Source of the DNA: Oopsacas minuta
Lineage: Eukaryota; Animalia; Porifera
Assembly: GCA_024704765.1 (NCBI GenBank)
Contig: JAKMXF010000210.1
Coordinates: 656,121-720,120, forward strand
Direction of reading: 5' to 3'
DNA: 64,000 nucleotides
Positions 46,001 to 57,396 of this stretch are shown one piece after another. The translations under genes and the position numbers were made by a program. The notes beneath the pieces were generated by a model. The model saw nothing but the letters and a program-made list of their open reading frames with translations. It made no database searches and was not told where the DNA came from. Within the stretch, counting starts at the first letter, position 1. The number at the start of each line of letters is the position of its first letter.

Positions 46001-49000
46001 CAATGCTATCCGCCAGTTTACTTGAGTAGTTTGGTCACTAGCAATATTCTTCTTAAATTTACAGAGTTTATTCTTTCTCTTCTTACTAACTAACTCATCT
46101 TCCATCCCTGAAGCTTTTCTCTTCCTACTCTCATTGTTATGAGCCTTACTAATAATCTCAAGATGTTGCTCATGAGTTACATAACTGAATAAATCAGAGA
46201 TTCGCTTCTGTTTGAAAACATCATTCTTCTCTAGCATCCTCTTGTGTAGCCAATCAGGGTGCTGGACACGAGGCACTGGATTGCTAATCCCTTGCAGAGT
46301 AGCAGGAATAGTTATTATCTTCTGAATTGTGCTGTTCAGTCTTTCTATGTAGTATTCCCAGTCTAAGAGAGACCGCAAATCAAAATCAATTAGAGAGGAA
46401 TCTTTCAGCCATTTCCTCAGATAATGTTTCTTTACACTTACTTCGGAGTGGAAAATAGCGAGTGGGATTGCCCGCTCTGTAACTGGAGCACCTTCTGGCT
46501 TCTTTGCTATTACGAATCTACAAGCAAGACCTTTGTCTTTAACCATTTGATCACCCAGGAATTCTGCGAGGCGTTTAGCTGTACTGATAGAAGTAGATTT
46601 CTGTTCTCCGTAGTCTTCCAGTTTCCGTGACATACTTCTGCTTTCTGCTATCAATTCAAATAACTCCTCATCTCCCATGTTCTCAGCTTTCTTGTATAAA
46701 ATGTCTAACCAATAATCTGCAACTTTTGCAACTTCTGAGAAGCATTCTTCCAAGGTTTTACCCTTGAGGAAGCTAGCGAACACTTCAGACTGAAATATTT
46801 TGATTATTTGTAATTCTCCTCTCCTCTTCACTTCAAAACCTTTCAATTCTGCAAGCGAACCGTCAAAATTAAATACAGCATATCTCTTTTTTAGTTTCCT
46901 GCCTTCTTCTTTTGCTGCAGGAAGTACCATTGCTTGGTAAGGCCCGTCAACTTCAAAGAAAATAGAATTTTCTACTCTAGTAGCATAGACTAAGTTCTCA
47001 GGATCTTGCAGAGTCTGGTACTGGTCATTTGTAAAGTATTCCTGCACCATCTTATTTAACATGGCACCTGGATAAGAGATGTTCAGTTTAGCTTTTTTCT
47101 TGTCTGTGGTATTGACTGCTACATTTTCTGGGAAACTTGACGGTAAAATACACCAAATTCCATCAGTGTCCAACTCGAGTGGCCTTCCTATCTGCTCCAC
47201 TATTTCTTTAGCTTTGGTGATTATTTTAGCTCCAGTGTAACACACAATGCCAGCCATTTCCATTGAGTACCATCTTGCACCCTTTCTCATTACATACCCG
47301 TAAAATGAATTGAGAAGGCATTTGTGTGCTAATTGAAGGGAGTCATAAAGAATTACCATTCCATTACATTTCTTCTCTTCCGTAGGGTCGCTGGATTTCT
47401 TTGATTCTTCCAATTTCTTCTTCCAACTTTTCAAAAGACCTTTGAACTCATACCTCCTATTCCTGAAATCTCTAACCGTATCAACATAGAACGGATGTTC
47501 TCGCATACACACAGTTGTCAATCTCTTCTCTTGTCTGGTTACTCGTATCTTCTTGTATGCTTTTCTACAATATTCTTGCAGTCTTTTCTTCTCAAAACTA
47601 GCTTGTTCTTCTTTAGAGAGACTATGAAAAGGACTTGGTGCAACTCCTGGAACTACCGACACAAACTCCGCTTCTAATTGCTGTCTAATATTTTGAATTT
47701 CACTCCTAGAAGCGGGCATAAAGTCTCCTCTCCACATCCATTCCATATCCCTCTGACACCTTGAAGAAGGTCTATTGAAGCTACAGGCTGCGCACGTGGC
47801 TTCGTCTACAACAGCTGAGGGCTGGAGTCTGTTTGTTAGGATAATGTTAGGGTACATGGCTCCTACGTCAAGATGATAGATAAGTGGGTACTCATACCGA
47901 TTGGGGGTGTCTCTTAATTCCACTAACTTGCTACGAATCTGTTCACATACTCCTTCGAAGTTTATAACTGTTTCTAAAGAGATACCCTCTTCCTTCACAA
48001 TAGCATGTATCATCGTATCTTCAATCCCATCGATTAGTTTCTGACAGGCAGCAGGAACAATTTTGAAGCGATAAGGTATATTTGCTCTGAAAACACCTGA
48101 CTCTATCGCCTCTACGTGACCACCCACATACGTCTCTGAGTCCAGCATGTGTCCATCATCTGTGAGTTTGTTTAGAATATTTTCTTGCTTGTTAGGGAAG
48201 ATAACATTGGCTTCGTAAGCCTTTACCATCAGTAGAGCCTCACAGAGTGTTCCGGTTCCCTTACGCAGCACTTCGTCAGGTTCTAGTGGTATGATGGTTG
48301 AGAGAGCGAAAACGAACGGATGAACATATTTAACATAGAGGTAGTAAGTAGCTACTGCATCGGATACTGAATAGTTGGAGAGGCCCTGAGGATCTTCACT
48401 AGCCATTCTACACATATCCTCTGGATCTATCTCCACAGGATTGTAGCGTAGTTTAGCTCTAGTAGCTGCTTTCAAGTGTTGACTCCCCACAGGGAGATAA
48501 CTGTCCCGTTTTACCCATCTGTACGCGTCCATGTGTATCGCATGACGAGATTTGTATTCATTCTGATTGTCTGGAGCAAATCCTAACTCTTCTGCAAGAT
48601 TTATATTGAAATGAGCCATCCTAGCATCAACGAATGGCCAATCGAACATATCTCCATTATAAGTGACGATTATATTCGGTCGGACATCTTTGATATGATC
48701 AACAAACCGCTCAAGCAGAGACTTTTCGTCTGGTTCATTGAAAACTATAAACGGTCCCTGGTATTCAGGTCTAGGAGTAAATTCAAAATCGTCAACATCT
48801 TTAGAGATGATATCTCTGTTAGTGATTAGGTAGCCTTGACAATCTATCATATAGGATATCATCATTATTGAGTCAGTTGCTGAGTCAGGGAATTTCAGTG
48901 GTAGTTTGGTGGTTTCTATATCAAAAGCAAGTATTATTGGCTCTGGACGAGCCGGGTCATCATGGAACCTAATTTCTGGCGGATTACTGCCATGCCCTTT

Positions 49001-49653
49001 AACATGATACCACAATCCGCAGAATATTTGTAAGTCAATGCTAACTCTAACATGATAAGGGACATCATATTCCCGAATATCAATTATGTTTTCTCTCTGG
49101 TCAGTTATCTTTGGTGCGTTAGATACTACCTCTTCTGACACGGATAGATTGTGTGAGAAGAGACTTTCATCATAAATTGGATTAGTTGACTTTTGATTCT
49201 TTTTCACCGCAGGCATTATGTCTCGTTTTGCTTTTATTAGATCTTCAACTGAGTAAAAGCGCAACTTTAGAAACATAGCTTTGATCCCTATCAAATGATT
49301 TGGAAGATCCAAGTTTTCTTTTTCAATAATTTCTATTGTTGCTAGTCTCCCAGAAAGTTTTCTGCTGATATAGGTACTCACTTCTTTTTCAGTTCCTTTC
49401 TTTGTTCCGATATAAAAGTAGGGTTGATAAGGGATCGTAACTTTGAACCTGCCCCCATCATCCTCAATGAAGTAATAGTCCACTGCACTGACCAGCCTCT
49501 TATCTTCATCCATAACATCTGCCGGATGCATGTTTATCAGGAATCCTAGTCTCTTGGCATGTTCTCGATATCTATCAAACCCGAACTTAGAATCCATCTC
49601 ATCGTTTTTGAGAGCCCTCAAATACCGATTAGACTGTTGTGGTTCTTCTATAG
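43073..49653 (-). CDS. POLE: DNA polymerase epsilon catalytic subunit A, single 6.6 kb exon
   Basis: N-terminus FGFDRYREHAKRLGFLINMHPADV..AVDYYFIEDDGGRFKVTIPYQPYFYI (human: [40 protein letters not shown]). Exo I ILAFDIETTKLP. Polymerase motifs YHLDVGAMYPNI and LELDTDGIWC. C-terminal Cys4 zinc modules CNYCDYARDLD...CTCGQPY and CLKCNQ...CPCAG. The ORF extends to 49741 from a TTG; the ATG at 49653 aligns with the human N-terminus. Confidence 0.9.
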
Positions 49654-50058
49654 GGACTGACATTCTTTTAGCAATTTTATGTGATCTAATCTGTCTGATA
49701 GAGGGAGAAATATACAATTTATTTTTTAGGTTCACTAACAATAAGATCGCTTATTAACTTTTGTAATTAATCTTTAGCTCTAAACCCGTATCTTCTCCTG
49801 AAAGTTATTCTGATTTAACATTCAAGAGAAATTATCCTTTGTATTAATAAATAATTTGATTTCTATTATCCTACACTATCATTTCCTGAAATCTCCACGT
49901 AGGTATTTATTTGATTGTTTGTGTACTTTTCTGTTTCCTCAGAGTATATTTGTTAAATAGAACTTTACAAATTTAATACTGTAATGTCTGTAATGATTTC
50001 GTATTATGTTTGTGTATTTATTAGGAAAATATTCTTCTAAATTCGGAAACTTAAATTA

Positions 50059-50472
50059 ATGTTAAAATTGTATGTCCACTTACATGACGTGACACAAACT
50101 TATTATGTTTTATTCATGTGTATAAAAGAGTGTAACACGTCCAGGATATACATCCCAAATATTCAAATGGCTGAAAAGCTTGGAGCATCCACAGTGTATT
50201 CAGTCTTTGTATCGATTTTAAAAATTGAGCATAGTGTCAAAATATCCTTCGATAATCTTTTTGACAATATCGACGAAGAAAAAATTGGTTCTATAGAATG
50301 GGTGAAGTTTGAAAATATTATTCAAGGAGCTTATATACTCCCTGACTATACGGAAGTACATAAAGCTAGGTTAGAAAATTTGCGTCGAACAGTTAAGAAT
50401 AGAAGAACTAGTCAGAGATATTATCAAAGAAAGAAGAATCTGAATGGGAAGGATTCTGTAGAGAAAGACTAA
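50059..50472 (+). CDS. Hypothetical small protein (no family assigned)
   Basis: ATG-initiated 137-aa ORF in the POLE/formin intergenic region, with a basic C-terminus. Coding status is uncertain. Confidence 0.2.
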   Translation: MLKLYVHLHDVTQTYYVLFMCIKECNTSRIYIPNIQMAEKLGASTVYSVFVSILKIEHSVKISFDNLFDNIDEEKIGSIEWVKFENIIQGAYILPDYTEVHKARLENLRRTVKNRRTSQRYYQRKKNLNGKDSVEKD

Positions 50473-50792
50473 ATGCCTCTCACTGTTATAATAAATAAAT
50501 TCATAAAAATGCAGCCTCAAACAATTCAAGTATCAAAGCTAAATTTTGTGTAAACAAATGAATTCTTATTTCAGAATACCAATGATTAAAAGGGGTGCCT
50601 AGAGCCGTGGGGCGGGAACTAATCGTACTTCTTACATTATTTAACATTTATTCTTAAGAGTAATTCTTAGTATATATATGAGTCTTAAATATAAAATAGG
50701 ATAAATTAATGCATCTAAGAAATGGTACATTGGATTCCTGGAAAAATATTCATCCTAACCATGAAATTAGCTTATACATTAATGATATACTT

Positions 50793-53700
50793 TTATTTCT
50801 TGTGGAAGCGTGATGTTAGTGATTTCCATCTACTAGCCTCTTTAGCAACTGGTTTAGACGTTGAATTTTCAGTCTTCTTAGTACTTTTCCCCTTCTTAGT
50901 AGGGGCTTTATTAACACTTGTGAGCCCTTGAATTTCTGGAATGACCTCAAACTCTGTAGTGTTTTCATATGATTTTGAGATTCTTACAGTATTTTCACTC
51001 TCTGATGTCTTTGGATGTGTGTCCGATTGATCTAATCCATTCTCATTTGTCTCACCTTGAATATATTTCGATTCGTTAGCGTTTTCTTTCTGTGGGACAC
51101 CAATGACTTGTTTTTCGGTTTCGCCTTTCGGAACAGGTTGCTCAAAATATCTAGTTTTCAAGGAATTATTTTCTACGTTTAATTCCTTTACTTGCTCATT
51201 TGATAACTTCTGAATCTCTCCTGAGTTTGTCTTTTTCGCTTGTTCTTTTGTAGATTGTGATGCGATAAATTCTTGAGAGCTTTGTGAAGTTCTAGCCCCA
51301 GAGTAACGTTTCCGTTGTGAAATTCTCCTTTTCCTCTCACTAGATCCAGGATGCACACTATTTTCACGACATAAGCTCACAGATTTCAACGTCAAACCTC
51401 GTTTTATCTCCCCCATCAGATTTTCAATGATATCTCCCTCTTGGTTTATATTTGAAGTTCCCAGAGCACGTAAATTTTTATTTTTCATATCTTTCTTTTT
51501 TTCTTCAATCCTCAATTTCCTGGCTTCAGTCTCTTTGCGGGAAATATTATCTTTCATAGCTTTGTCAAAATCTTTTCGGAATTGATGGAGTGTTCTCATG
51601 AAATCCTCTAATTTGAATGTTTTCGGTTCTTCAGCGAAAAATTGACAAATTTGAGCACTAAAATCAAGTACATGGTTTGTCTGCTTTTCCAACTCTTCTA
51701 GTTGAGGCGTCACCAGGTCCAGGAATTCTGTGACTTGGATCTTTAGATCTTCTGCAAAATTTATCTTTTTCCGGCAACTCTGGTTCACTTTTGTTTGCAG
51801 AGATTTCACAGAATCCTTCAGTTGATCGACGCTTAGTCGAAGAGCACCTTCTAGAGTTTGCATACTGGCACCAAATTCACTCAATTCTGGGTATTTCTGT
51901 TGCACTATTTCTACTAGGGAGTTGAGAAGTGTCACTCTAGGTTTGTTTGCCCGTGTGTCATTCAACTTGTTTAGTGAAGAAATCTTGAATCCAGCAGCTG
52001 ATCCAGCATAACTCCCATGATTTATAAAGTTGCCTAATGATAGAAGAATTCCCATTATTCTTTTGAGACTCTCGTTTTCAATTATTTCTCGACAACTTAT
52101 TTCTAGTTTCTTAATGTTTGGTTCGAGTTCTTGATATTCACTAGTATAATCCAATTTTGTTGTTAAAATTTGAACTCTCATTTCGTAATTTTCTAGCTTT
52201 AGGAATTCTGAGAAGAATAGATCTGCTTCTGCCAAATCTTTCACGTCTCCGTGGTATTCTCTTATTTGCTTAACAACTGATGTCTCAGGAAGCAATTTAG
52301 AGAAAGCTTTCATTTGTTCCAGGCTGATTTTTGATTCATTCCCTTCCTGAATTATTTTTGTGAGATTATTTTGTTTGAATTGTTTGAGGAAAATGCTGAT
52401 GTTCATGCTTGCTCGTTGATCAAAAAATGAAGTCTTTTCTTTCTTCTCTTTCGAGGTAGCAGAGATCGTTTTCTTTACTTCTTGGATTGAATATTGCTCC
52501 TGGACTATACTAATTGTATCGGTGTCTAGAGTATATCGAGATAAATCAATTTGGTTCCACAGAGTACCAGTTTTCTTTTGAATGTCTCTCTCCGTAATTT
52601 TCTCCCACTTCAAAGTTCGCATTTTACACGATGGTTTCTGCAAGATAGCAGGTGCTGATTTCGTTTTACCTGGGACTTCTCTTGTGTCATCACTCGTCTT
52701 CACGCCAGGGATATTTGGCGGGGGATTCGGAATTCTCGGATCTCCACCTCCTTCGCTGCCTCTAACTCCTGGCATGTTTGGGGGAGGGCGTGGGATACGA
52801 CTATCTCCACCAGATCCCCCCTCGACGCCAGGCATATTTGGAGGAGGATCTGGGATCCCTTCGGTCTCATCTGCCACATTGACTCCTGGGAGATTCGGTG
52901 GTGGGTGGGGATATACATAGTTCTTAGGGGGTAGGTCTGAAACCGGAATCTTATTAACAGGTTGAACTGCAGTTTGTGGGACATTTTGGATAAATTCTAT
53001 TTTATCTGTCTGTGTTACTGCGATTTTTCTCGTTTTTTGGGGAGTTTGAGTTGTTGATTCTTTTTTTTCGATTTGTTTCATTTCAACTTGTACTTCCTGA
53101 ATATTATCTGGATGTTTAACAGTTAATCCTATCAATGATTGCTTGAGTGCTCTTTTCATCAAACTCTTTCCCTCAAATCCTGCCATTTCCTCCTCCCTCT
53201 CGTTTAGAGAATTAATTATTACCGAACTCAGTGCGTTATCCATTTGTCTCCATATTTCAATGTTATCTTGAGCACTTTTCGATTGCTCAATTAGAAGTAA
53301 TGATTGGAGAATATGTGTAAAATGATCGAGACACTGAGTTCCGGTTAGATTCTTGCTTATTCTTGCAACTAACTCCGTGGGGGATTCTATGTCTAATCCT
53401 AGAGTGCTTGTTTCCTGGTCTGATAGATCCAAGTCATAAGCGTGTGTATCTTTGAATGAATCAAGTTGTGCTTGAAGTTCTGTATTTTCTGTGTAGCGTA
53501 ATTTGTCAAGAATATCTAGTATTCCAAGAGCAATGAACTCGTGTCGTACCTAGAGATATGTATCTATTTATTATTACTCAATTCAATAAATCATTTTATG
53601 ATTGACCCAATTCTTTATTAATTTTATACTCGTCGTATCTCCATTGTAATTGATATCGAAAGGATTGGAGTTCTATATTGGGCACACATTTTATTGAATA

Positions 53701-55147
53701 CATAGAAACTATTTGAATAATGCTTCTTTCCCACATTTTACTTTTCTAAGAGTGTGTCTGGCATAAGCTTACGTTTTCATATTCTCATGACTTTTTCAGG
53801 TTGATGAATATATAAATAAAGGATTGTTGAGATTAATGAGAAAATATTTAGCTCTGTTCTTATATTTCGATTTCAAAATGAATACCAATAATATTGCTTC
53901 TATCGTTCAAGCGATCACAAAAGATGGTACAACTAACGTGACTTTAGATACATTAGATGAAGTGATTGATACTAAAAGACTTTTGTCTCTTAATAATTGT
54001 AAATTTGAGAACTTAATTTCCGAATCTATTCAGTTTGCAAACAAATCAGAATATGAAACATATTATTCCTCTAAGTTCAAGGAAATACGAAGAAAGCTAA
54101 CAAGTCGCAGAGCTGGTCATAAGTGCCAAGAAAAGAAAATCATGAATAAAGAGCGGAACAATGCCGAGATAGAAATTTTAAAACGGAGAAAACTACTTTT
54201 CTTAGAAGAGAAATTCATGCTTATAAGAGAAATCGATTATTACTCATACGCGATTAATTCCAACTTTTGTAATTGCAACTATAATTTTGACCAAAAATTA
54301 GCTTAGGGGGGCATCTATGATCATTATAGGTTGAAAATTTTGCTTTTCCATATACTCTTGTTTGCTATTTACATTTATTTATAAACCTTCTTTTATGAGA
54401 TGATTCTGATTTGTTGATATTAATTTTGTTAATTCTCATATTAAATGTCTTATATTTACAACTAACCTCGTTCCTCTCTTCATATTCCTCTAAACTGACG
54501 ATAAGGCAGTTGATAAACGTAACTAGAATCAATTTGTAATCATCTAGCTCAGCGTGTTTAAGTTCGTTGATAACAGAACTGAATGTATATGGTAAGCCTC
54601 TCAGTTGTTGCACTTGTTGGAGAGTCCTCATAGTAGTCTCGTAGCCGCCCTCAGAGTATATGCACAGTGCACTGAGTAGCTCTAGTATCTGAATCTTCAA
54701 CAATACATTTTCTGTATCTAATGATCTGCTAATTTGTATCGCAAATATCTCTAAAGTATCTTCCGAGGTTATAATATATCTTAATCCACCTCCATTATTC
54801 ATTATTGCCCTTATGCATTGGATGCATTCTAGTTGTTTGACTGCGTCCATAAATGAGCCTAACCCTTTCTTACTTAGAACGTCCAGACTGTCGAATATAA
54901 CTTGCATTCCTCCATGTTCCAGAAATCCTTCTATCCAGTCAGGTGGACATTTGAGTAGTTTCGCTTTGAGCTTGCCGAACGAACCAAGATGATGACGGCA
55001 GAATTCTACCACTAGCTCTGGAGCTGCACTGTCCCATAGATGTTTGTTCTCTGGTTCGGTTTTCTGTTTTGTGAAGAATCGGTCTTTTAAATTACCCCAT
55101 CCATCTGTTGGCGCTCCTGATTTCAATCCTAGGTTTCCAGTTGCCAT
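50793..55147 (-). CDS. Diaphanous-related formin (DAAM/FMNL-like): GBD/FH3, FH1 and FH2. At least 2 exons (54469..55147 and 50793..53549, intron about 920 nt)
   Basis: Exon 1 carries the GBD/FH3 armadillo region (..LECIQCIRAIMNNGGGL..LLKIQILELLSALC). A GAG|GTTAGT donor at 54463..54468 joins phase 0 to a tctag| acceptor at 53550 (VRHEFIALGILDILDKL). FH1 has 4 copies of PPPN[MI]PGV. FH2 includes GSYAGSAAGFKISSLNKLNDTRANKPRVTLLNSLVEIV. C-terminal DAD-like GDIIENLMGEIKRG is followed by a basic patch. Confidence 0.8.
53836..54306 (+). CDS. Candidate nested gene inside the formin intron (hypothetical, about 157 aa)
   Basis: ATG-initiated ORF fully within the 53550..54468 intron on the opposite strand. 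It has coiled-coil and basic character and no recognisable domain. It is proposed only because two other introns in this window carry bona fide nested genes. Confidence 0.2.
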   Translation: MRKYLALFLYFDFKMNTNNIASIVQAITKDGTTNVTLDTLDEVIDTKRLLSLNNCKFENLISESIQFANKSEYETYYSSKFKEIRRKLTSRRAGHKCQEKKIMNKERNNAEIEILKRRKLLFLEEKFMLIREIDYYSYAINSNFCNCNYNFDQKLA

Positions 55148-55650
55148 TATAATCTAATAATTATATTTGGAAGTGCAGTTTTTAGTAATTGTCTTTGGAT
55201 TTATCACAAAGCCTTTAAGTGATTATATATTTATATAATTTCTACAGATGCCTGAATGCATCTTATTTCCTTTATGCTTATTAGATTAATCTAGGTGTCT
55301 GAAATTTATTGAAATCTTTCAATTCATTTGCACGAATCAATGAAATCAATTGACTCGCCTAATGTAGACATTTTCAGTAATAATACTCATACATTTTAGG
55401 AATAAGTATTTATTATCCATATGCCACCTGAAACTTTATAAAGTAAGCCTACCCTTAATGTAATCAATAATTTTGGCCACTAAATCTCTTACGTCAGCCA
55501 TTTGTTATACTGCAATAATATTATGCCCTGAAAAGAGATAATATTATTTTATTCGTTTCTACTTATTCTCTTAGCAAATAACTTATCTGTATTCGCGAGA
55601 TACTAGGTATATAATAAATCAAAGAAATTTGATAACGATACATATTTAGA

Positions 55651-57093
55651 ATGAGTAAAAGAAGAGAGAGCAGTCTGGATGATGTTATGAACGAGTTAGG
55701 GCAATTTAATACTTACCAATTGAGATTATTTCTGATTTTACTGCCTTTCAACCTGTCCAGCTCTTTCTATATAATTTTTGTCATGTTTCTGAACCAATCA
55801 CCAAGCTGGTACTGCAATGATCCGGTATCGAAAGGTTCTAAGTGGAATCAACTTTGTGAAGAAGATTGGGCAATTAATATACTTTTATCGATTGCTTTTG
55901 TTGGTGCTATGTTTGGTTCTTATTTCTTTGGCTATTTTGCTGATAAATACGGTAGAATGCCAATGTATTTATTTGGAGTTGTTAGCCTTGAAGTCTTGAG
56001 CTTATGCCTCGGCGTTTTTTATGGTAACTATTGTCTATTTGCTGTTTATATATTATTGTGTGGGTTTTCAATGCAGGGTACTTATCAAGTCAGCTTTGTT
56101 CTGCTTCTAGAATTCGTTGGTCAGGATAAGAGAACGCTCATCTCTACACTGATTACTCTCTGTGGAACTCTTGGTTATATTTTGACTCCTCTCGTTGCAT
56201 TTCTTGTTCCAAACCATCGCGTGTTATACTTGAGTTTGTCTGTTGTGTATATTGGAATATTACTTACTTATTCCTTAGTGCCTGAATCTCCTCGCTGGCT
56301 TCTGCTCACGCGTCAACATTCCAAGTTAAAAGCTCTTCTTGACCAAATAGCCACAATAAATGGGACTCAATATTCCACTCTTACTTTCAGCAAATTATCT
56401 TCTCATGGCTCATCTACTGAACAATCTACCTGTTTAACCTCTATAGGGATGTTTACTAAACCGATTATTCGCTCACGCATCTATATATCTTCTTTCGTAT
56501 GGTTTGTAGTATGCAGCTCATATTATGGACTCTCGTACAGCGCCAAATTACTAGATGGAAGCATTCACATGAATGTATTCCTGGGCGGAGTTGTAGAGTT
56601 TCCTTCCATCATGTTAGCTTATCTCCTGCTGCAGTATAAAGGAAGGAGAATTAGTCTAGCGATAATGACGCTAATAATTTCTTTTTGCACCTTTGGTTCT
56701 GTCCTGAGCTCTTTCTTTAATTTCGAGAGAGAACTAATCTTATTTACATTATCTGCCAAATGTTTTGTCTCAGGTACATTTCTTATTTTGTATATTTATA
56801 CTCTTGAATTACTCCCGACATCTGTTCGAACTATTGGGTTAGGTGTTTGCTCTGTTTTTGCTAGAATTGGCGGTATAAGTGTACCAGTGGTTCTAGCTGC
56901 TCTACCTGACCGGATATATGTCTTCTTATACTTCTCTGTGATTACTCTATTAGCTGTGTTGGTTCTCCTGCTTCTACCCGAGACAAGAGGCATCCCCATG
57001 CCCGATTCAATCGAGCAACTCATTTCTCAAGAGACCTACACTAGCAAGATCTCTTCACAATTAGTTCACTTGGAAAATTCAGACAATGATTGA
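55651..57093 (+). CDS. MFS transporter of the SLC22 (organic cation/anion transporter) type, single exon
   Basis: 12 predicted TM helices. GRMP after TM2. The SLC22/sugar-porter signature PESPRWLL after TM6. The MFS motif D-R/K-x-G-R is present as ADKYGRMP. Confidence 0.75.
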   Translation: MSKRRESSLDDVMNELGQFNTYQLRLFLILLPFNLSSSFYIIFVMFLNQSPSWYCNDPVSKGSKWNQLCEEDWAINILLSIAFVGAMFGSYFFGYFADKYGRMPMYLFGVVSLEVLSLCLGVFYGNYCLFAVYILLCGFSMQGTYQVSFVLLLEFVGQDKRTLISTLITLCGTLGYILTPLVAFLVPNHRVLYLSLSVVYIGILLTYSLVPESPRWLLLTRQHSKLKALLDQIATINGTQYSTLTFSKLSSHGSSTEQSTCLTSIGMFTKPIIRSRIYISSFVWFVVCSSYYGLSYSAKLLDGSIHMNVFLGGVVEFPSIMLAYLLLQYKGRRISLAIMTLIISFCTFGSVLSSFFNFERELILFTLSAKCFVSGTFLILYIYTLELLPTSVRTIGLGVCSVFARIGGISVPVVLAALPDRIYVFLYFSVITLLAVLVLLLLPETRGIPMPDSIEQLISQETYTSKISSQLVHLENSDND

Positions 57094-57396
57094 GTATAAT
57101 TAATTTTGGTGTACTTATTATAATTAATTTGATTCTAACATTATTTCTAAACGGCAAAATGATTGTATATGATAAATTTTTTGGTACACGAATCACATAA
57201 TTATTATTCGACCTGCTTTGCACCTTCAATCGTAATATAACTCAGAATTCTTGAGAATTTGACACACCTTGGGCCACGTATTTTATTGTATATTGTAAAA
57301 CGGATAGGAATACAACATTTTGCATTATCCTGCTCTCAAGCATTCTATCACTGATATACTGTACTTATATTCTAGATTGTATTTCAATTCTATAGG

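Noticed and set aside
52582-52920. 112-aa + strand ORF rich in Gly and Pro (MSLSVIFSHF...GGGFGILGSPPP)
   Set aside because: It is the reverse-complement shadow of the formin FH1 polyproline repeats on the minus strand. The low-complexity mirror frame stays open by composition, not because it codes.
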